This document shows positions 49,967 to 63,231 of a stretch of 64,000 bases of DNA, one piece after another. Both the position numbers and the translations under genes were made by a program. The notes under the pieces were generated by a model. The model made no database searches. It saw only the letters and a program-made list of their open reading frames with translations, and was not told the DNA's origin. Where the stretch lies: positions 186,806,001 to 186,870,000 of the forward strand of contig OZ024743.1 of NCBI GenBank assembly GCA_964016885.1, written 5' to 3'. The stretch comes from Eledone cirrhosa. Taxonomy: Eukaryota. How positions within the stretch are numbered: position 1 is the first letter of the stretch; the number at the start of each line of letters is the position of its first letter.

Positions 49967-52074
49967 TTGTTACATAAAATAATGATTATACTTTTTGTAC
50001 AGAAAATTTTAGAGTTAGTTGTTTAATAGTTGGTTTGTTGACATGACATAACTTCTTCCAATTGATCATCTATTTCCAGTTATCTAATTATATAATCTCC
50101 TCTACTCTCTTATATAAGTATCTCCTATAGTCTTGTCATCTATTACTATTACTATTTTTTGTTAAGTATTGTTGGGCAGTTCTAGTTGAACATGTCATAA
50201 ATGTCATAAATTTAACTAAAGAATACTAAGAACTAACAATATGTTCATCATTATACACATATCATTCTCTCCTTTTGAAATACAAAAGCTTCACAAAATC
50301 AAGATGGGAAAATGGGTGTATCATGATTCTTGGTTCAAACTTTTCAAGGGATGGCTCTTTTGATTTTAACATTTTTGGGGCCAGTAAAGAAGTATCAGTA
50401 ATATATTTAAATTGAGTCCGATTCATCTTCAATTACATAAAAAGAATTGTACTGGCAATGAAAAAAGAAACAAACAAGTACATGTTACTAAGATAAGTTG
50501 CTAAAATATGGAGAAACTAACTATTGTGGAACAGGTAGTGATTTATTTTAGGAATTATACAAGACATAGTAAATAAAGCATTTATACTAATACCCATATT
50601 TTCTGAGGGTAGTGAATCACCAGAGTCATTACAATATCTGACAGAATTTTTTCTGTATTCATTCTGGCTTTTTGCTCTCAGAGTTCAAATCCTACTGAGG
50701 TCAACTTTGTCTTTCAAACTTTTAAGGTCAATAAAAGAAGTACCAGTCAATTACTGGAGTTAATTCCACCTCTACAATTCTGTCATTTCCTCTCTCTTTT
50801 TCTCTCTTTCTCTGAAAAAAATCGACTGTGTTCAGACCTGGAGAGGGTTAGGCTTTACCAGATTTTAAATGTCCAAAACATGTCATATGTCATAACGTCA
50901 CCCCTATGACTCCTTCAGGATGTACAGGCCTTTACATACTATATTTTTTGAATGTAGCCAATATATCTATAATGTGGTAACATAAACAATATATGATAAA
51001 GGATATAGCCCTCTACATCAGTTTTCGCAGGCTATCTACTCTGGAACGATGGGAATATTAGCTGTAGGTGACTGCTTTAGGAAATTTCATGACACATCCA
51101 TAAGAGAATCCAAAATATGGTGAAATAGATATCAATATTAGTTGTTGCCATTGTTGTTTAACTCCAGATCATCTCTAATGAAGCAGACCTATTGTCAAAA
51201 ATATTCCAGTAATCGCCACTATTTTATTTCCTTACATAGTATATCTAGGAGTACACTATTCACTGTACCTTTCCTTTTGTAGGATTGTAAAGTATGATTT
51301 CAGAGAAATTTGGCTGCAAATTTTAGCAGATCGAGTGCTCCCTCTTAGGACTAGATAATTTGAACTTTGTTGGTATTTACCAAGATATTAACTTTTGCCT
51401 TTCATCTTTATTACTCTTTGAAACTACTGTAAAAGTTTTCAGATGAAAAGATGCACTTGGAAGCTTCTGCCAAGTGAATTCAGTTCTCATTGTTGAGTAA
51501 AAGTTGTAAAGATGCTGTAAACAATGAACAGCATGCCCAAATCAAACAGCTCGAAGGAGAACATGACTAAGAATGAAATACTCGTTAACAGAAATATAAT
51601 TCAATGCTCAACAGCTTCAGGGAGGTAAACAATTTTGTTTTATGTACAATGAACTAATTATACAAAGCTAATCGTTAAAACAAATCAATTACAACTTAAA
51701 GTGTACAAAGGTCTCAGATAGGCTAGACTAATAATAAACAAAAGGTATATTACATGTAATTCAGGTGAATGCAGATGCATTAAGAAAACATGTTACTAAA
51801 CATATCCATCCAATTTATGTACACACACACATTTATTAGTTTCAGTCATTAAACTGTTGCCAAAGTAGAGTACTGCCTTCAAGAGTTTAGTCAATCATAT
51901 TAACCCTAGTACATACTCCAGTCTGCTATAAAGTTTACCAGAATTTATTTTTATCTAACCTCCAGTTACATGAACACAACAAAGATCAGTTTTAAGAATG
52001 GAATCACACACATTATATATATATATATAAAATAGAATGTTGTAGTTTGCTTGAAGCATTGTGTATAATGTAGA

Positions 52075-52390
52075 AAATGATATGTTTTAAGAACGCTAAG
52101 ACAATGTGAAATGGCCTGTAAAATTTAGTTTACATGAAAAAGTAAAAGCAACGAAAAGATTTGTTGTTACTTGGCATGTATTTATTTTTTTCTGTCTTAA
52201 TATTGGGAAACTCTGAAAATAAAACATTTTACTCTGAGAATTCCCCACACTCTGAGGAAGGGATTTTTAAGTCCCAAAATACTAGGACAAAAAGTAAATA
52301 AATACCAGGTAACACAAACTCTGTTGCCTTCATGTAAACTAAGATTTACAGTCCATTTTGCATTGTATTAGCCTTCTTAAAACATAATTT
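52075..52390. repeat. ~130-bp imperfect inverted repeat with a hammerhead-like core (Penelope-like)
   Basis: 52075-52207 is the reverse complement of 52272-52390. CTGAGGA-AGGGA..TCCC-(A)AAA lies at 52252-52279. Confidence 0.7.
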
Positions 52391-52410
52391 TTTAATATTA
52401 TATTAATATG

Positions 52411-52452
<42 letters not shown>

Positions 52453-53145
52453 CACATATGATCATCACCATTTAATGTTAATGTTTTATGCTAGCATGTG
52501 TTAAACGAGTTGTCCTGATGTGAGACAAGTCAGATTAGGTGACTGTGTCTTGCTCATACAGAACTGATTCTGCCTTGGTTTCTATGGTTGAATACCCTTC
52601 CTAATGACAAACATATTTACAGTGTGCACTGGGTGCTTTTTATCATAGAACCAAAATGACCAATTGACAGATTGGATTGGGTACTTTTTCATTGTTGTAC
52701 CAGCACAATTACCTCACAGGGTGAACCAGGTGCTATTTATCATATCATCAACATAACCACTTTACAGGGTTAAATGTATATATATATATTATATATATTG
52801 CTTCTATTATACATACATACATACATATGTATGTACATACATTTATGATGGCTTTTCTGCACAGTTTCCATCTATCCAATTCCATTCACAAACCTTGAAG
52901 AAATTTGCTTAAGGAGCTGTGCAATGGGATTGAACCAAAACCATGTGATTGTGATGGAAATTTCCTAAATACATCTATTTGTGCATTTTAGATGCACTAT
53001 TTTATTTTTGCTGCAACACTTTTTTCAATTTGTTTAATGCATAACTAACAGAATAATATTACAGATGTGACACGGATGATTGATTGGCAGAATTGGTAGA
53101 GTATCAGATAAAAAATGCTCCTGCAATATTTGTTCTGAATGTCTC

Positions 53146-53947
53146 AGAGAATAATAAACAAATAACATTGATTTGGATACAAGGCCATACAAATATTAGA
53201 GGAAATAGAAAAGCAGATGAGTTAGTAAAGGAAGGTGTACAAAGGGAGATAACAGATATAGACTATAGCCCAAATCTATTTCAAATGAAATCATTTACCA
53301 AAAATATAATTAGTCAAGGGTAGGAAAAATTTAGGGAAGAATCTAGAGATAAACTCTCAAATTTCAACCTATACTTTCTCAACCAGATCTGACCATATTT
53401 AAAATTTATCAAACACTAAGCAATGTTAATAAAATAAAAAAAAAAATGCTGGCTTCAGTCTGTACATATACCACTGAATTACATTTTATCATGAACAGGT
53501 CATTCAGAATCACCTCTATGTTCTTGTTGTGACTTCCCAGAGTTCTTTTGCACTATTTGTTCTAATGGAAAACTATCAATCGAAGAGAGAGGACATCTTG
53601 AAGTCAATCATTAAAAAAGTACCAAGATTAGAAATACAATATATTGTAAAAGATCTACCAACTATAAACAAAATCTTTGAGTACAGAGATGTTATGAAAA
53701 GATTCATCAACAGAACCTCCTAGTTGCTTTACAGCTTCCCTTGCTTTCCATTGTTTCATGCTTATTTTGTCTCCTGTGAGCTTTCTGTACATGAATTTTA
53801 TTTTAAATTCTTATTTTTATATTCACTTATCTCTGTATATCTTGTTTTTGTACTCAATACTTCCCCTAGTCTATCGTGGCTTATTAGTGCTATACGGATG
53901 TTTAAATTGATTAAATGAATAAATAAATACAGAAAGAAAGAAAATAC
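53146..53947 (+). mobile_element. RNase H-containing LINE 3' remnant (I/R1/Ingi-group-like) inserted into an old SINE
   Basis: ITLIWIQGHTNIRGNRKADELVKEG is the RNase H C-terminal motif (W..GH..I.GNE.AD.LAK). A degenerate CxxC knuckle lies at ~53518 and a (TAAA)n-like tail at ~53915. Confidence 0.7.
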
Positions 53948-54028
53948 ATTCTGAGTTTAAATTTCACTGAAGTTAACTTTGCCTTTCATTATTTTAGGGT
54001 TTAAATAAATACAGAAAGAAAGAAAATA

Positions 54029-54148
54029 CATTCTGAGTTCAAATCCCGCCGAGGTTGACTTTGCCTTTCATCCTTACGGGGTCGATAAAATAAAGTACCA
54101 GTAATGTACTGGGTAATTGCTGGCCTTGTGCTTAAAGTAGAAACAATT
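54029..54148 (+). mobile_element. SINE A (5'-truncated) nested in an older related SINE (53080-53145 + 53947-54255)
   Basis: TSD ATTATTTTAGGGTTTA at 53988-54003 and 54146-54161. Confidence 0.85.
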
Positions 54149-54327
54149 ATTTTAGGGTTTATAAAATATAATACCAGTCAATGGCTGGGTTTAATGTAAA
54201 CAACTTTGACTTTCCTCTAAATTTGTTGGCCTTATGCCTAAATTAGAAATCAATGTTACAACTATGACTACTCATAAAACCTGATGGATACAAAAAACGT
54301 TTACTTCACTGGTGCTCCCACTACCAA

Positions 54328-54407
54328 CTCAAGTGCATCTGCCACATACAAAGCCCACATCTTCCAACAGACTACCTGCTATGCCGCTACACCTCTTGTG
54401 TACAGTA
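54328..54407 (-). mobile_element. Small RTE PHD-finger fragment
   Basis: Translates to VHKRCSGIAGSLLEDVGFVCGRCT. Confidence 0.7.
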
Positions 54408-54854
54408 TGAAAATACACTCTTGACAAGTTCAATGTGTCTGAACATGGAAGAGCTGAACTCCCACTGTCATTTCCCCCATCTCTCTGTATAGTGAGCGAA
54501 TGGGGTGCCATGTGCTGGCCACCCCACAGCCCCAGTGGACAGAATGGTGGTGTTTCCCCAGTGGATGGTAAGGGAGATGTGCTGGAAGAGCCATTCCAAC
54601 TGTGTTTGGTTTTTTTTTGTCCACTGGTCAACTGATATATCAACTGCTCATAGGCCCCAAAATAATGAATGTATGTCATTTCACTTTGTTGGTACCAGCA
54701 TTTGCACACACGCTCTCTTTTCTCTCTCTTGGCAGTGATGCATATTCTGTTTCTCTCTATAAATGGTATATAGTAACCATAGTACTAACATAGCATGATT
54801 CATAATATAGGCATATATGATAGTGTAACATAAATTATGATCATGTCATACCTC

Positions 54855-55075
54855 AGTAGCCATTTTGAGAAAGTCAGATACTAGTGTAGATCACGCCACC
54901 TAGCTTTGACTTTGGAGGCAGTCAATTAACTGCCCTTAGTTCTGACGTCACGTTCTGACATCAGTAGCTGAATATACACTATTTTCGACTTTGTCTCTTG
55001 AGGTGAGCAGACGCGTTTCACTGTGGCGAAACAGCGATATCACACCATGCGGTCACGGGATATTTGAACACCACC
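54855..55075 (+). promoter_or_regulatory. Promoter/enhancer-like CpG-enriched patch
   Basis: YY1-like GCCATTTT at 54859, palindrome GGCAGTcaattaACTGCC at 54917-54934, CRE TGACGTCA at 54943 plus TGACATCA at 54956, Inr-like TCAGT at 54961, donor GAG|GTGAGC at 55003. Unusually many CpGs for non-TE DNA in this window. Confidence 0.5.
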
Positions 55076-57181
55076 ACAAAATGATAATTATGAATTACAA
55101 ATCATGGAGCAACTGATATGATAACCTGTTTTGTTTATTGCTCTGATTAAAATGCTCATGTACATATAATCTCGAGGTATGTTCTTTTTGCTTAATTGTT
55201 TACCTACACCTAACAACAAATAGAAGAGATGTTCTACCAGCCAAGCTAGGGAAACGAACCCCCCCCCCCTAAATCGTAAAACAACACAGCCTTCTAAAAT
55301 TGGTGACAATCTCTCCTAAACTAGTATTTTAGGATTTTCATCTATCTTCAGTGACATGTACTCACTCTGTACTCACTTATGAAACATCTGTACTCACATA
55401 TGAAACATCTGTTGGTGATGCTCATTTTTATATAGTGAGGGATTGACAGGTTGTTATTAATTAGCAGTAGCACTAACAGCATAATTCATAAGTCATTGTA
55501 TATGAAAGCATATACAATGTGCTTTATACAAGTACAGCCTTCTCTTTTTCTTATTTGCTATGTTTCTCTTTCATTCTCTCTTGTTGTTCATGCAGATTCC
55601 TCCTTTTTTTCTCTCACACTTAGTCACTTTTACTTTCTAAACACACACTATATTATTTTGTTTATTACATACACACTTAATCACTCAGAAATGATATACT
55701 TTACTATTAAAATAACTAAAAGCTTTATACTAAAGATAATTAAATTGTCTTTAATATTTTTTTCATGAAATAATTGAGTTTTCTCTACTTTCAATAACTT
55801 TTAATTTGAGTAACCTGTTATATTTCATATGATTGCCTTTACTTCAGAATATTAGCTCAAGGATTATGTTACAAATAAAATTATTTTGAATTCCACTTTA
55901 TTGTGAACTGGTAGGCAATGAATTGTTTGGGGAAAACCGTAATATGCTGATAGATTTTAATCAATCACCTGTTCAATATTAATGTAAAGATTATTGAAAA
56001 TATTTATTTGCTTCCATGAATAAAAAAAATACATCATTCAATTAGATTCCCTTTACACTCTGACAAGGATAATTTGACCTACTGAACTATAAATACCATT
56101 ATTCATTAATATAATGACCATGTTTGCTCACTAGATTTTTGTCTTTTGTTTTCCTAGATAATTTTGATGGAATTAATTGCATAGAAAGAACTAAAAAAAC
56201 TAATAGAAATATCAATGATGATGTTTTGATACAGAATTCATTAACCAATTCTTTAGATGGAAAAAATCTAGAAATATAATATAAAGTTTTGAGTGACATA
56301 ATAACTTCAATAACTAATAACAAAATAGGTTTATAGCGCTTTATAGTTCTTTACAGCAATTATATTTCTTCACTAATGTGTTGCTATTTCATTTAAAAAG
56401 GTCCAAAAGATACTAATTTAGTTTATGGTATGTTTTACTTTAACCTTTAACCTATTCTGTATAATTTTTATCTAGTCTTTGACACCGAATCAGTCACTAC
56501 TGCTTCATTGCTTGTTTAGCACTAGAAAACATTATTCCCGTAGATCTATCACCAAAAGCATTATTACCATGGTATTCTCATTAACTAATGTAACTTCTTT
56601 AAGATGGTAGGATATGATTTGAGGGAGATTTTGCTGCTATTTTTAGCAATTTGAATGAGCCTGGAAATCAACTAAGCAGCAATCTAGTTTTGAGAATATT
56701 GTCTTCTTTTACAGCATTTTACATCTAGTATGCTCATACATTTTTAATATAGTAAAATGAAGTTTGAGGGGAATTTGACTGCTACATTTATTATACATTC
56801 CTTAATCACTCCAGACAAATATAAAAAAAATATTAGCTTCAAACACTGTGCTAGGGTGTAAAGCAAAGTATGATATGTTTGAACTGCATTCACTTTGCCT
56901 GCTTCTGTTGCAGCCCTCGCCAAAATCTAGACAAACAGAAATAAGTTTGAGAGTAAAGAGAAAGAGTACAATACATCCAAACTGTAAAATTGCAGTACTT
57001 TCAATTATAATGCTAAAACGAAACTAGACAGATTATGGCATATCTGAAGCTATAGATCTGTGGATACAACATTGTTGTTCAACAGACTGTTATATATTTC
57101 TGTTTTATTAGAGTTGATCTGAGCTTATATCACAGCTAAATAAAATGTGATTTTAATTCATTTCCAAATACATTATTTTCA

Positions 57182-57360
57182 GTGGATTGGCAGTATAGGT
57201 AGAGAGTCGGACGCCATGCTTTCCAGCATAGTTACGTCCCTTTATGATCTGAGTTCAAATCCCGCCGAGGTTAACTTTGCCTTTCATCCTTACGAGGTCG
57301 ATAAAAGTACCAGTAATGTACTGGGTAATTGCTGGCCTTGTGCCAAATGTAGAAACAATT
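57182..57360 (+). mobile_element. SINE A
   Basis: TSD ATTATTTTCAGT at 57172-57183 and 57358-57369. Confidence 0.9.
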
Positions 57361-57799
57361 ATTTTCAGTATTTTGTAACATTAAAATATATCCTTTCATG
57401 CCAGCATGGAAAAGTACACACCCTACAATACCACCATGTCACTCATTATGCTTAAGGCTTCTCCTCCCTTCATGGGCTAGTAATAGGTAGCCTAATTACC
57501 CACCCCACTTCCTATCAGTATTCTCAGCTTAGCCAAGAATACAAGTGCCAGGCTGAAAAATTGAAATGCTGATGTCATGATAAATGCACCAAGCCCACAC
57601 TGTAAACTGGTAGTATTTGTGTCACAAAAAAACCCCACTCAGTCTACACTGTCAAAACAAACCTGGTACACACCATTAAGTTGTTGCTGTTAAGAAGGAC
57701 ACCCAGCTATATAAATTGTGGTGGTGTTGTGGTAACTATACATAGTACATTGTTGGAAAGAGGCAAAATGTAATTAGTGAACATATAGATGCAAGACTA

Positions 57800-58020
57800 A
57801 TAATGGTTTCTGATTTAGGCACAAGGCCAACAATTTTGGGGGAGGAAAAAGTCGATTAGATCGACCTCAGTGCATTACTGGTACTTTATTTTATTAACCC
57901 TGGAAGGATGAAAGGCAAAGCTAACCTTGGCAGGATTTGAACTCAGATCATAAAGGGGCATAACTCTATGCCATAAAGCATGTTGTCTAACACTAGCAAT
58001 ACTGCCAATCCACCACCCTT
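57800..58020 (-). mobile_element. SINE A-related older subfamily
   Basis: Same head and central block, with a longer spacer before the GGCCTTGTGCCTAAATCAGAAA tail. Confidence 0.85.
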
Positions 58021-59024
58021 TAATGCATTTAAATAATAAATACAAAAAAAGGATGAAGAAATTTAAGACATGTTATTAGTGTTACGTGTATTTCAACAAG
58101 AATGAATATGAAATAAGGAAATGACAAAGATTTCATTTAAAATGCATTTTAGTATATAAGAATAAATCCATATACAGAATTTAATTTAAGGATTTATTCC
58201 AATATACTAACATTTTACCATTTCCTTATTTCATATTGCTTCTGGTTGAAACACTTGTAAAACTAATGAAATATCTTAAATGTCTTCATCATTCTTGTAT
58301 TTATCATTCTATCACATATTGAGATTTATGTTCTAGAAATATCATCATATACATGTGTGACAATAGTATTACATTTTGTAGTTATAAAATATTGATAAAT
58401 GGACAGTTGATCACTAAAAGAAGTAGGCCATAACATTTAGGAAATTTATTGGAAACCTAGAATTTAACATTCATCATTATTGTGTTTTTAATGCCCACTT
58501 TTCAATGCTGGCATGGGTTACCTGAGACCTCATGAGACAGTTTTTATATTTCTGATGCCATTCAATACTGTATTTTTAAATGTGGTATATACAGCTAATC
58601 TCTGTTGAAACACTAAAATACACAACCTATTGTTTATGTGGGATATGAACAAATGTTTTTGCTTGATTTAAATGGTGCCAATATAAAGTTGCGATGTGTT
58701 CCTTCACAGTATCTGTCTACAAACTCCACTTACAAGGCATTGGTCATCCCAAGACTTTAGGAGATGGCACTTGCCTAATGCGTAATACAGGGAGCAGGAA
58801 CCTGAAATCTTCATAACCAAACTGCCATGCTTGCACCTAATTGTAAAATGTATTACTTGTTAACTATATTATACAACTCATCAACATCATCATCACCACC
58901 CCTGATTAACATTTACTTTCCATGCTTTCATGAGTTAGACAGGTTGTAACCTTCTGAGGCTAGAGGAAACAAGTACCCATGTCTTGACCATAAGTTCAGT
59001 TTTAGGCTTAGTTTCTATTGAGGA

Positions 59025-60352
59025 CCTTATCTGGTGGGCTCTTAGAAAACTAGGTGTTGATGAATGGCTTGTGAGAGGTATACAAGCCATGTATAAAGAA
59101 ACAGTCAGCAAGGTTAGAACTAACAACGAATATAGTGAAGAGTTTAGCGTAAAAGTCGGTGTTCATCAGGGTTCCGTTCTTAGCCCCCTACTATTTATTA
59201 TTGCCCTTCAGGCTATAACAGAGGAGTTCAAGACCGGCTGCCCATGGGAACTCCTATATGCAGATGATCTAACGCTCATAGCTGAATCAATGGTTGAACT
59301 AGAGAAGAAATTCCGAACATGGAAGCATAGCCTAGAATCAAAAGGCCTTAAAGTTAACCTGTCTAAGACTAAAGTTCTAGTTTGTAGGAAGGAAAATAGG
59401 GCACCGGTCCCATCTGGGAAATGGCCATGCTCAGTGTGTAGGAAAGGAGTAGGCAGAAACTCCATTTTATGTTCCAAATGCAAAGTATGGGTGCATAAAA
59501 GATGTAGTGGGATCACAGGTAAGCTAACTAAGAATATAGATTTTATATGCGGCCGGTGCGCTGGTGCAATAAGTAGCAGCAAGTGCCCACAGAATACTAG
59601 TTCATTCCATTGTACAGATGGTTCTATAGAAATAGTGGACACCTTCCGTTACCTGGGTGACAAAATCAGCAGTGGGGGAGGGTGCTCTGAAAGTACAGTA
59701 GCTAGAGTCAGAACGGGATGGAAAAAGTTCAGAGAGCTTATACCACTATTGGCCACTAAAGGGTTCTCTCTAAAAATGAAAGGCAGGCTGTATGATGCCT
59801 GCATACGAACAGCAATGTTACATGGCAGTGAGACCTGGGCATTGTGTGCAGAGGATATGCACAGACTGGAGAGGAACGAAGCTTGCATGCTCCGCTGGAT
59901 GTGTAATAGTAATATACGTGAACGACAAAGCGTAAACGAACTAAGGGAGAAATTAGGAATAAGAGGGATCAGATGTTGTTTACTCGAGAGAAGACTACAT
60001 TGGTACGGTCACGTGATATGCATGAAAGATGACAGTTGTATAAAAAAGTGCAGGGCGATAAAAATAGACGGTAGCCACGGAGTAGGCAGACCCAGAAAAA
60101 CCTGGGACGACGTGTAGGTGTCACGACAAAAAAACACAGAGTCTACGCTGTAATGTGGCCATGTAGGTAACACAGTAAAAACCTCCCAGTCCAGACTGTA
60201 AACGTGGTTGGTGTTAGAAAGGGCATCCAGCCGTAGAAAACCCGCCAGACAGCCCTATACGAGCAGGACAACCAATCTTGCCTCAAGTGGGAAAACTCCC
60301 ATCCAAACCCATGCAAGCGCGGAAGATGGACGTTAAACGATGATGATGATGA
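59025..60352 (+). mobile_element. RTE-clade LINE (second subfamily, PHD-containing), 5'-truncated, ending in a SINE-like 3' segment and (TGA)n tail
   Basis: ORF to 60117 is highly similar to the 16985-19129 protein (GVHQGSVLSPLLF, YADD, PHD, GRPRKTW). Probable TSD TGAGGA at 59019-59024 and 60353-60358. Confidence 0.93.
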
Positions 60353-61286
60353 TGAGGAGGAATGCCTTTCTTAATGCCAACCAGCTCCTTAATGTGAACC
60401 CCTACTTAATGCCAATCAGTAAATCATTATTTCCTCATAATAATTGTTTCTAGCTAGATAGACAAGACTATTAATTGACAAATATATTTGAACTATAATT
60501 AACATTTTGGACAATAGGTCAGGTTTTATTGACATGAGCAGCTGTAACTCATCAGTTTCATATAGATAAATACAGCAAAATGAGCTGCCTATATCATTTA
60601 TATAATATGCTACAGTAGAGAATTAAACTATACATTAAATAAAACATCTGCCTGAAATATTATTTTCAGAAACTGTTGATATTGTCTGTGATTTAAACTA
60701 CGAACTGTTTCCCTGAATCTACATAATTTAAGAGCTACCCTAGATAGTATTTAATTGGAGTTTAACAATAAATCAGCCAGTAATTTAGCAGAAATATTTG
60801 TTGGTAAATGTAAAGAGTTTTATACAATACATATATCTTATAACATTTTGATATTTTCTTCCACTTTAGACTAGGAGACTTTAAAGTACAAATAATTGGT
60901 TGAGTGCCAAGAAATGTTAAATGGCAGCAGGTTGAAAATGAAAACGTAAAAGAAAATTCAGAAAAAGTCAGACATGTTCTTATTCAACGAAACATTGGCA
61001 AATTTTATCTGGAAGAAGTAGACGGCAATTGATTTTTCTTTACTTTATCATACTATTTATTGCTATTCCTCTCAACTATGTTATTTTGTTTCAATAAAAT
61101 TCTGAGGCTTTTATTGTTTAAATTTTTGATGATATTATGAGCATGGTGCATTATATAGATTTAAAAAAATTAACATTTTCAAATACAAAAGCAATATGTT
61201 TTACTTGAATTTTTAATTATGGAATAGCTAATGGAACGAAATAAACTATTTATATATATATACACAAACTTATATATATGTGCACT

Positions 61287-61322
<36 letters not shown>

Positions 61323-61384
61323 CAAACTTATATATATACACATATATATATATATATATATATAAATCATCATTCAGAGATATC

Positions 61385-62605
61385 ACAGAGATATTGAGCA
61401 TACTTCGGCAAGCTTATGGCTCTTATTGACAAGGGAACTGATCGTAGAACACCCCGATCTTTGTAAAACTTCAGTGTCAGGTCTAATGCTTTTCTATTTG
61501 ATACCTAGGATTTGCCAAAGGCAATTCTGATTGAATCTTTCAAGTATCTTGAAATGCCACTGGTGAAAGTTCATGCTTTACACCCATACAACAAAATTGT
61601 AAGCACACATGCCTCATACACAGTTATTTTTGTCCTCAATATTATGTATCTATCTGACCACATCCTTTTAATTAATTTTCCAAATGCAGCACTTGCCTTC
61701 TGTACTTGAAGATGTATTTCTGCATCTAAACTCCCATTTTTAACAGAGTACTACTCAATTGCACAAAAACATCCACTACTGCCAACCTAGCCTCATTCAC
61801 ATATATATTTTGCACAACATAAGGTTTTTCTGTTGCTGGAGTGTAGATCACCTTGGTTTTAGTTAAGTTTACAGTGAGCCCCAAAAGAACACATGCTTTA
61901 GAAAATTTCCTTTTCCTTTGTAAATGGTGATCAAGATTCCATTAACGCAGTCTTGTGATATTGGTGTTGCTTCCCAACATTTCATGAGAAGTGCATGAAT
62001 AACCAAGGATATGTAGACTCCTCCAACTTTCTATAATTCAACTGGAATCCTATCTAACCCTGGTGCTTTACCTTAGTTTACCTGTGCAGTTGCCTTTCTG
62101 ATTTCTTCAATAGTCAGTAGATTGTTCATTGATAATATTTATCATGCTGAAGCAGACTCACTTATTACATTAAAGTTGACAATAGAAGGATTCTAAAAAG
62201 GGTAAGAAAAATGCTCTTTCCATCTCTTTATAATGTTGTCAAAGTCTTTATAGAGAATAACACCATCCTTCGATTGCACAGGGACATTGTAAAATGACTG
62301 AGAACCAAATGATTGCAGTAATAAGGTATAACACGTTTTACTATCCTTACTATTAAAGGAGGCTTGCACCTCTTGAGATACCTCTGATCACTAATCTTTT
62401 TTCATCCTTCTCGGTTCACGTTAAAATGGGGTTTTGTATTCTTTATATATCTTCCCAGTTGCAGGTCGGGTTGAGGGATTCTCACACAGGATCTTTTTAT
62501 AGAGAGTCTGTTTTCTTTTCCATAACTGCCTGATAATAGGATCGCTATTATCAAACCAATCTTTATGTTTTTTCACACTATAACCAAGTACATGTATTTG
62601 GTTAT
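61385..62605 (-). mobile_element. Decayed RTE-BovB-like LINE
   Basis: VLGYSVKKHKDWFDNSDPII resembles the BovB LG...RKHQDWFD motif. Further KAPGLD-like (62060-62075) and N.TKTKV / AFGKL remnants. Confidence 0.7.
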
Positions 62606-62614
62606 AGAATGAAA

Positions 62615-62647
<33 letters not shown>

Positions 62648-63231
62648 AATAATTACATATATATATATATACACATGCACATCTATATTTATATATATAC
62701 ATATATATGTATATTCACATATATATATCTATATATCATATAGGTATGTATACATATGATTAGTGTAATTGCATGTATTAATGAATGTGTGTGTTTATGT
62801 ATAAATGTATGCTAATAAATCTATCTAAGGCGATAGATCATTGCTTGTAGCCTACAGGTAAATATAAGGGAAATAGGTAAGATTGATGAGTTTGATAACA
62901 AAAAATATTAGAAGTTACAGCTTTGTGTGAAGAGAAGCGAATGGTGTTGCAAAGAGAAATAGGAATGAAAACTATGGGTATAATATCTTAAAGTGATACA
63001 CTCAGTAAAGGTAATAAAAAAGTAGAAAATCAAGTGCAGTTTCATTTGATGACAGAACACATTTGTCATGGCCTGCGGACTGAACAGCTCATTGTAATAA
63101 CAGTAAAAGAAGCATCATACAAAGCTGTAGAAAGCAAAAACAGAAAATAAAACAATGTGTATCAGTGAGAAAGTCAGTATCAATCTAGTAGAATGATTTT
63201 CTAGATCTGATTCAATATAATAGTAATTGAA

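Noticed and set aside
51435-51624. Plus-strand exon candidate (ttttcag|ATG...GAG|gtaaac)
   Set aside because: Weak donor, internal stops, no recognisable protein.
54405-54720. GC-richer block with overlapping ORFs (126 aa)
   Set aside because: Only the last ~25 aa are recognisable (RTE PHD fragment); no splice or coding support for the rest.
55451-56323. Hydrophobic short ORFs suggesting membrane peptides
   Set aside because: F/I/L/Y-rich by-products of AT-rich composition, as are most 60-130 aa ORFs in the track.
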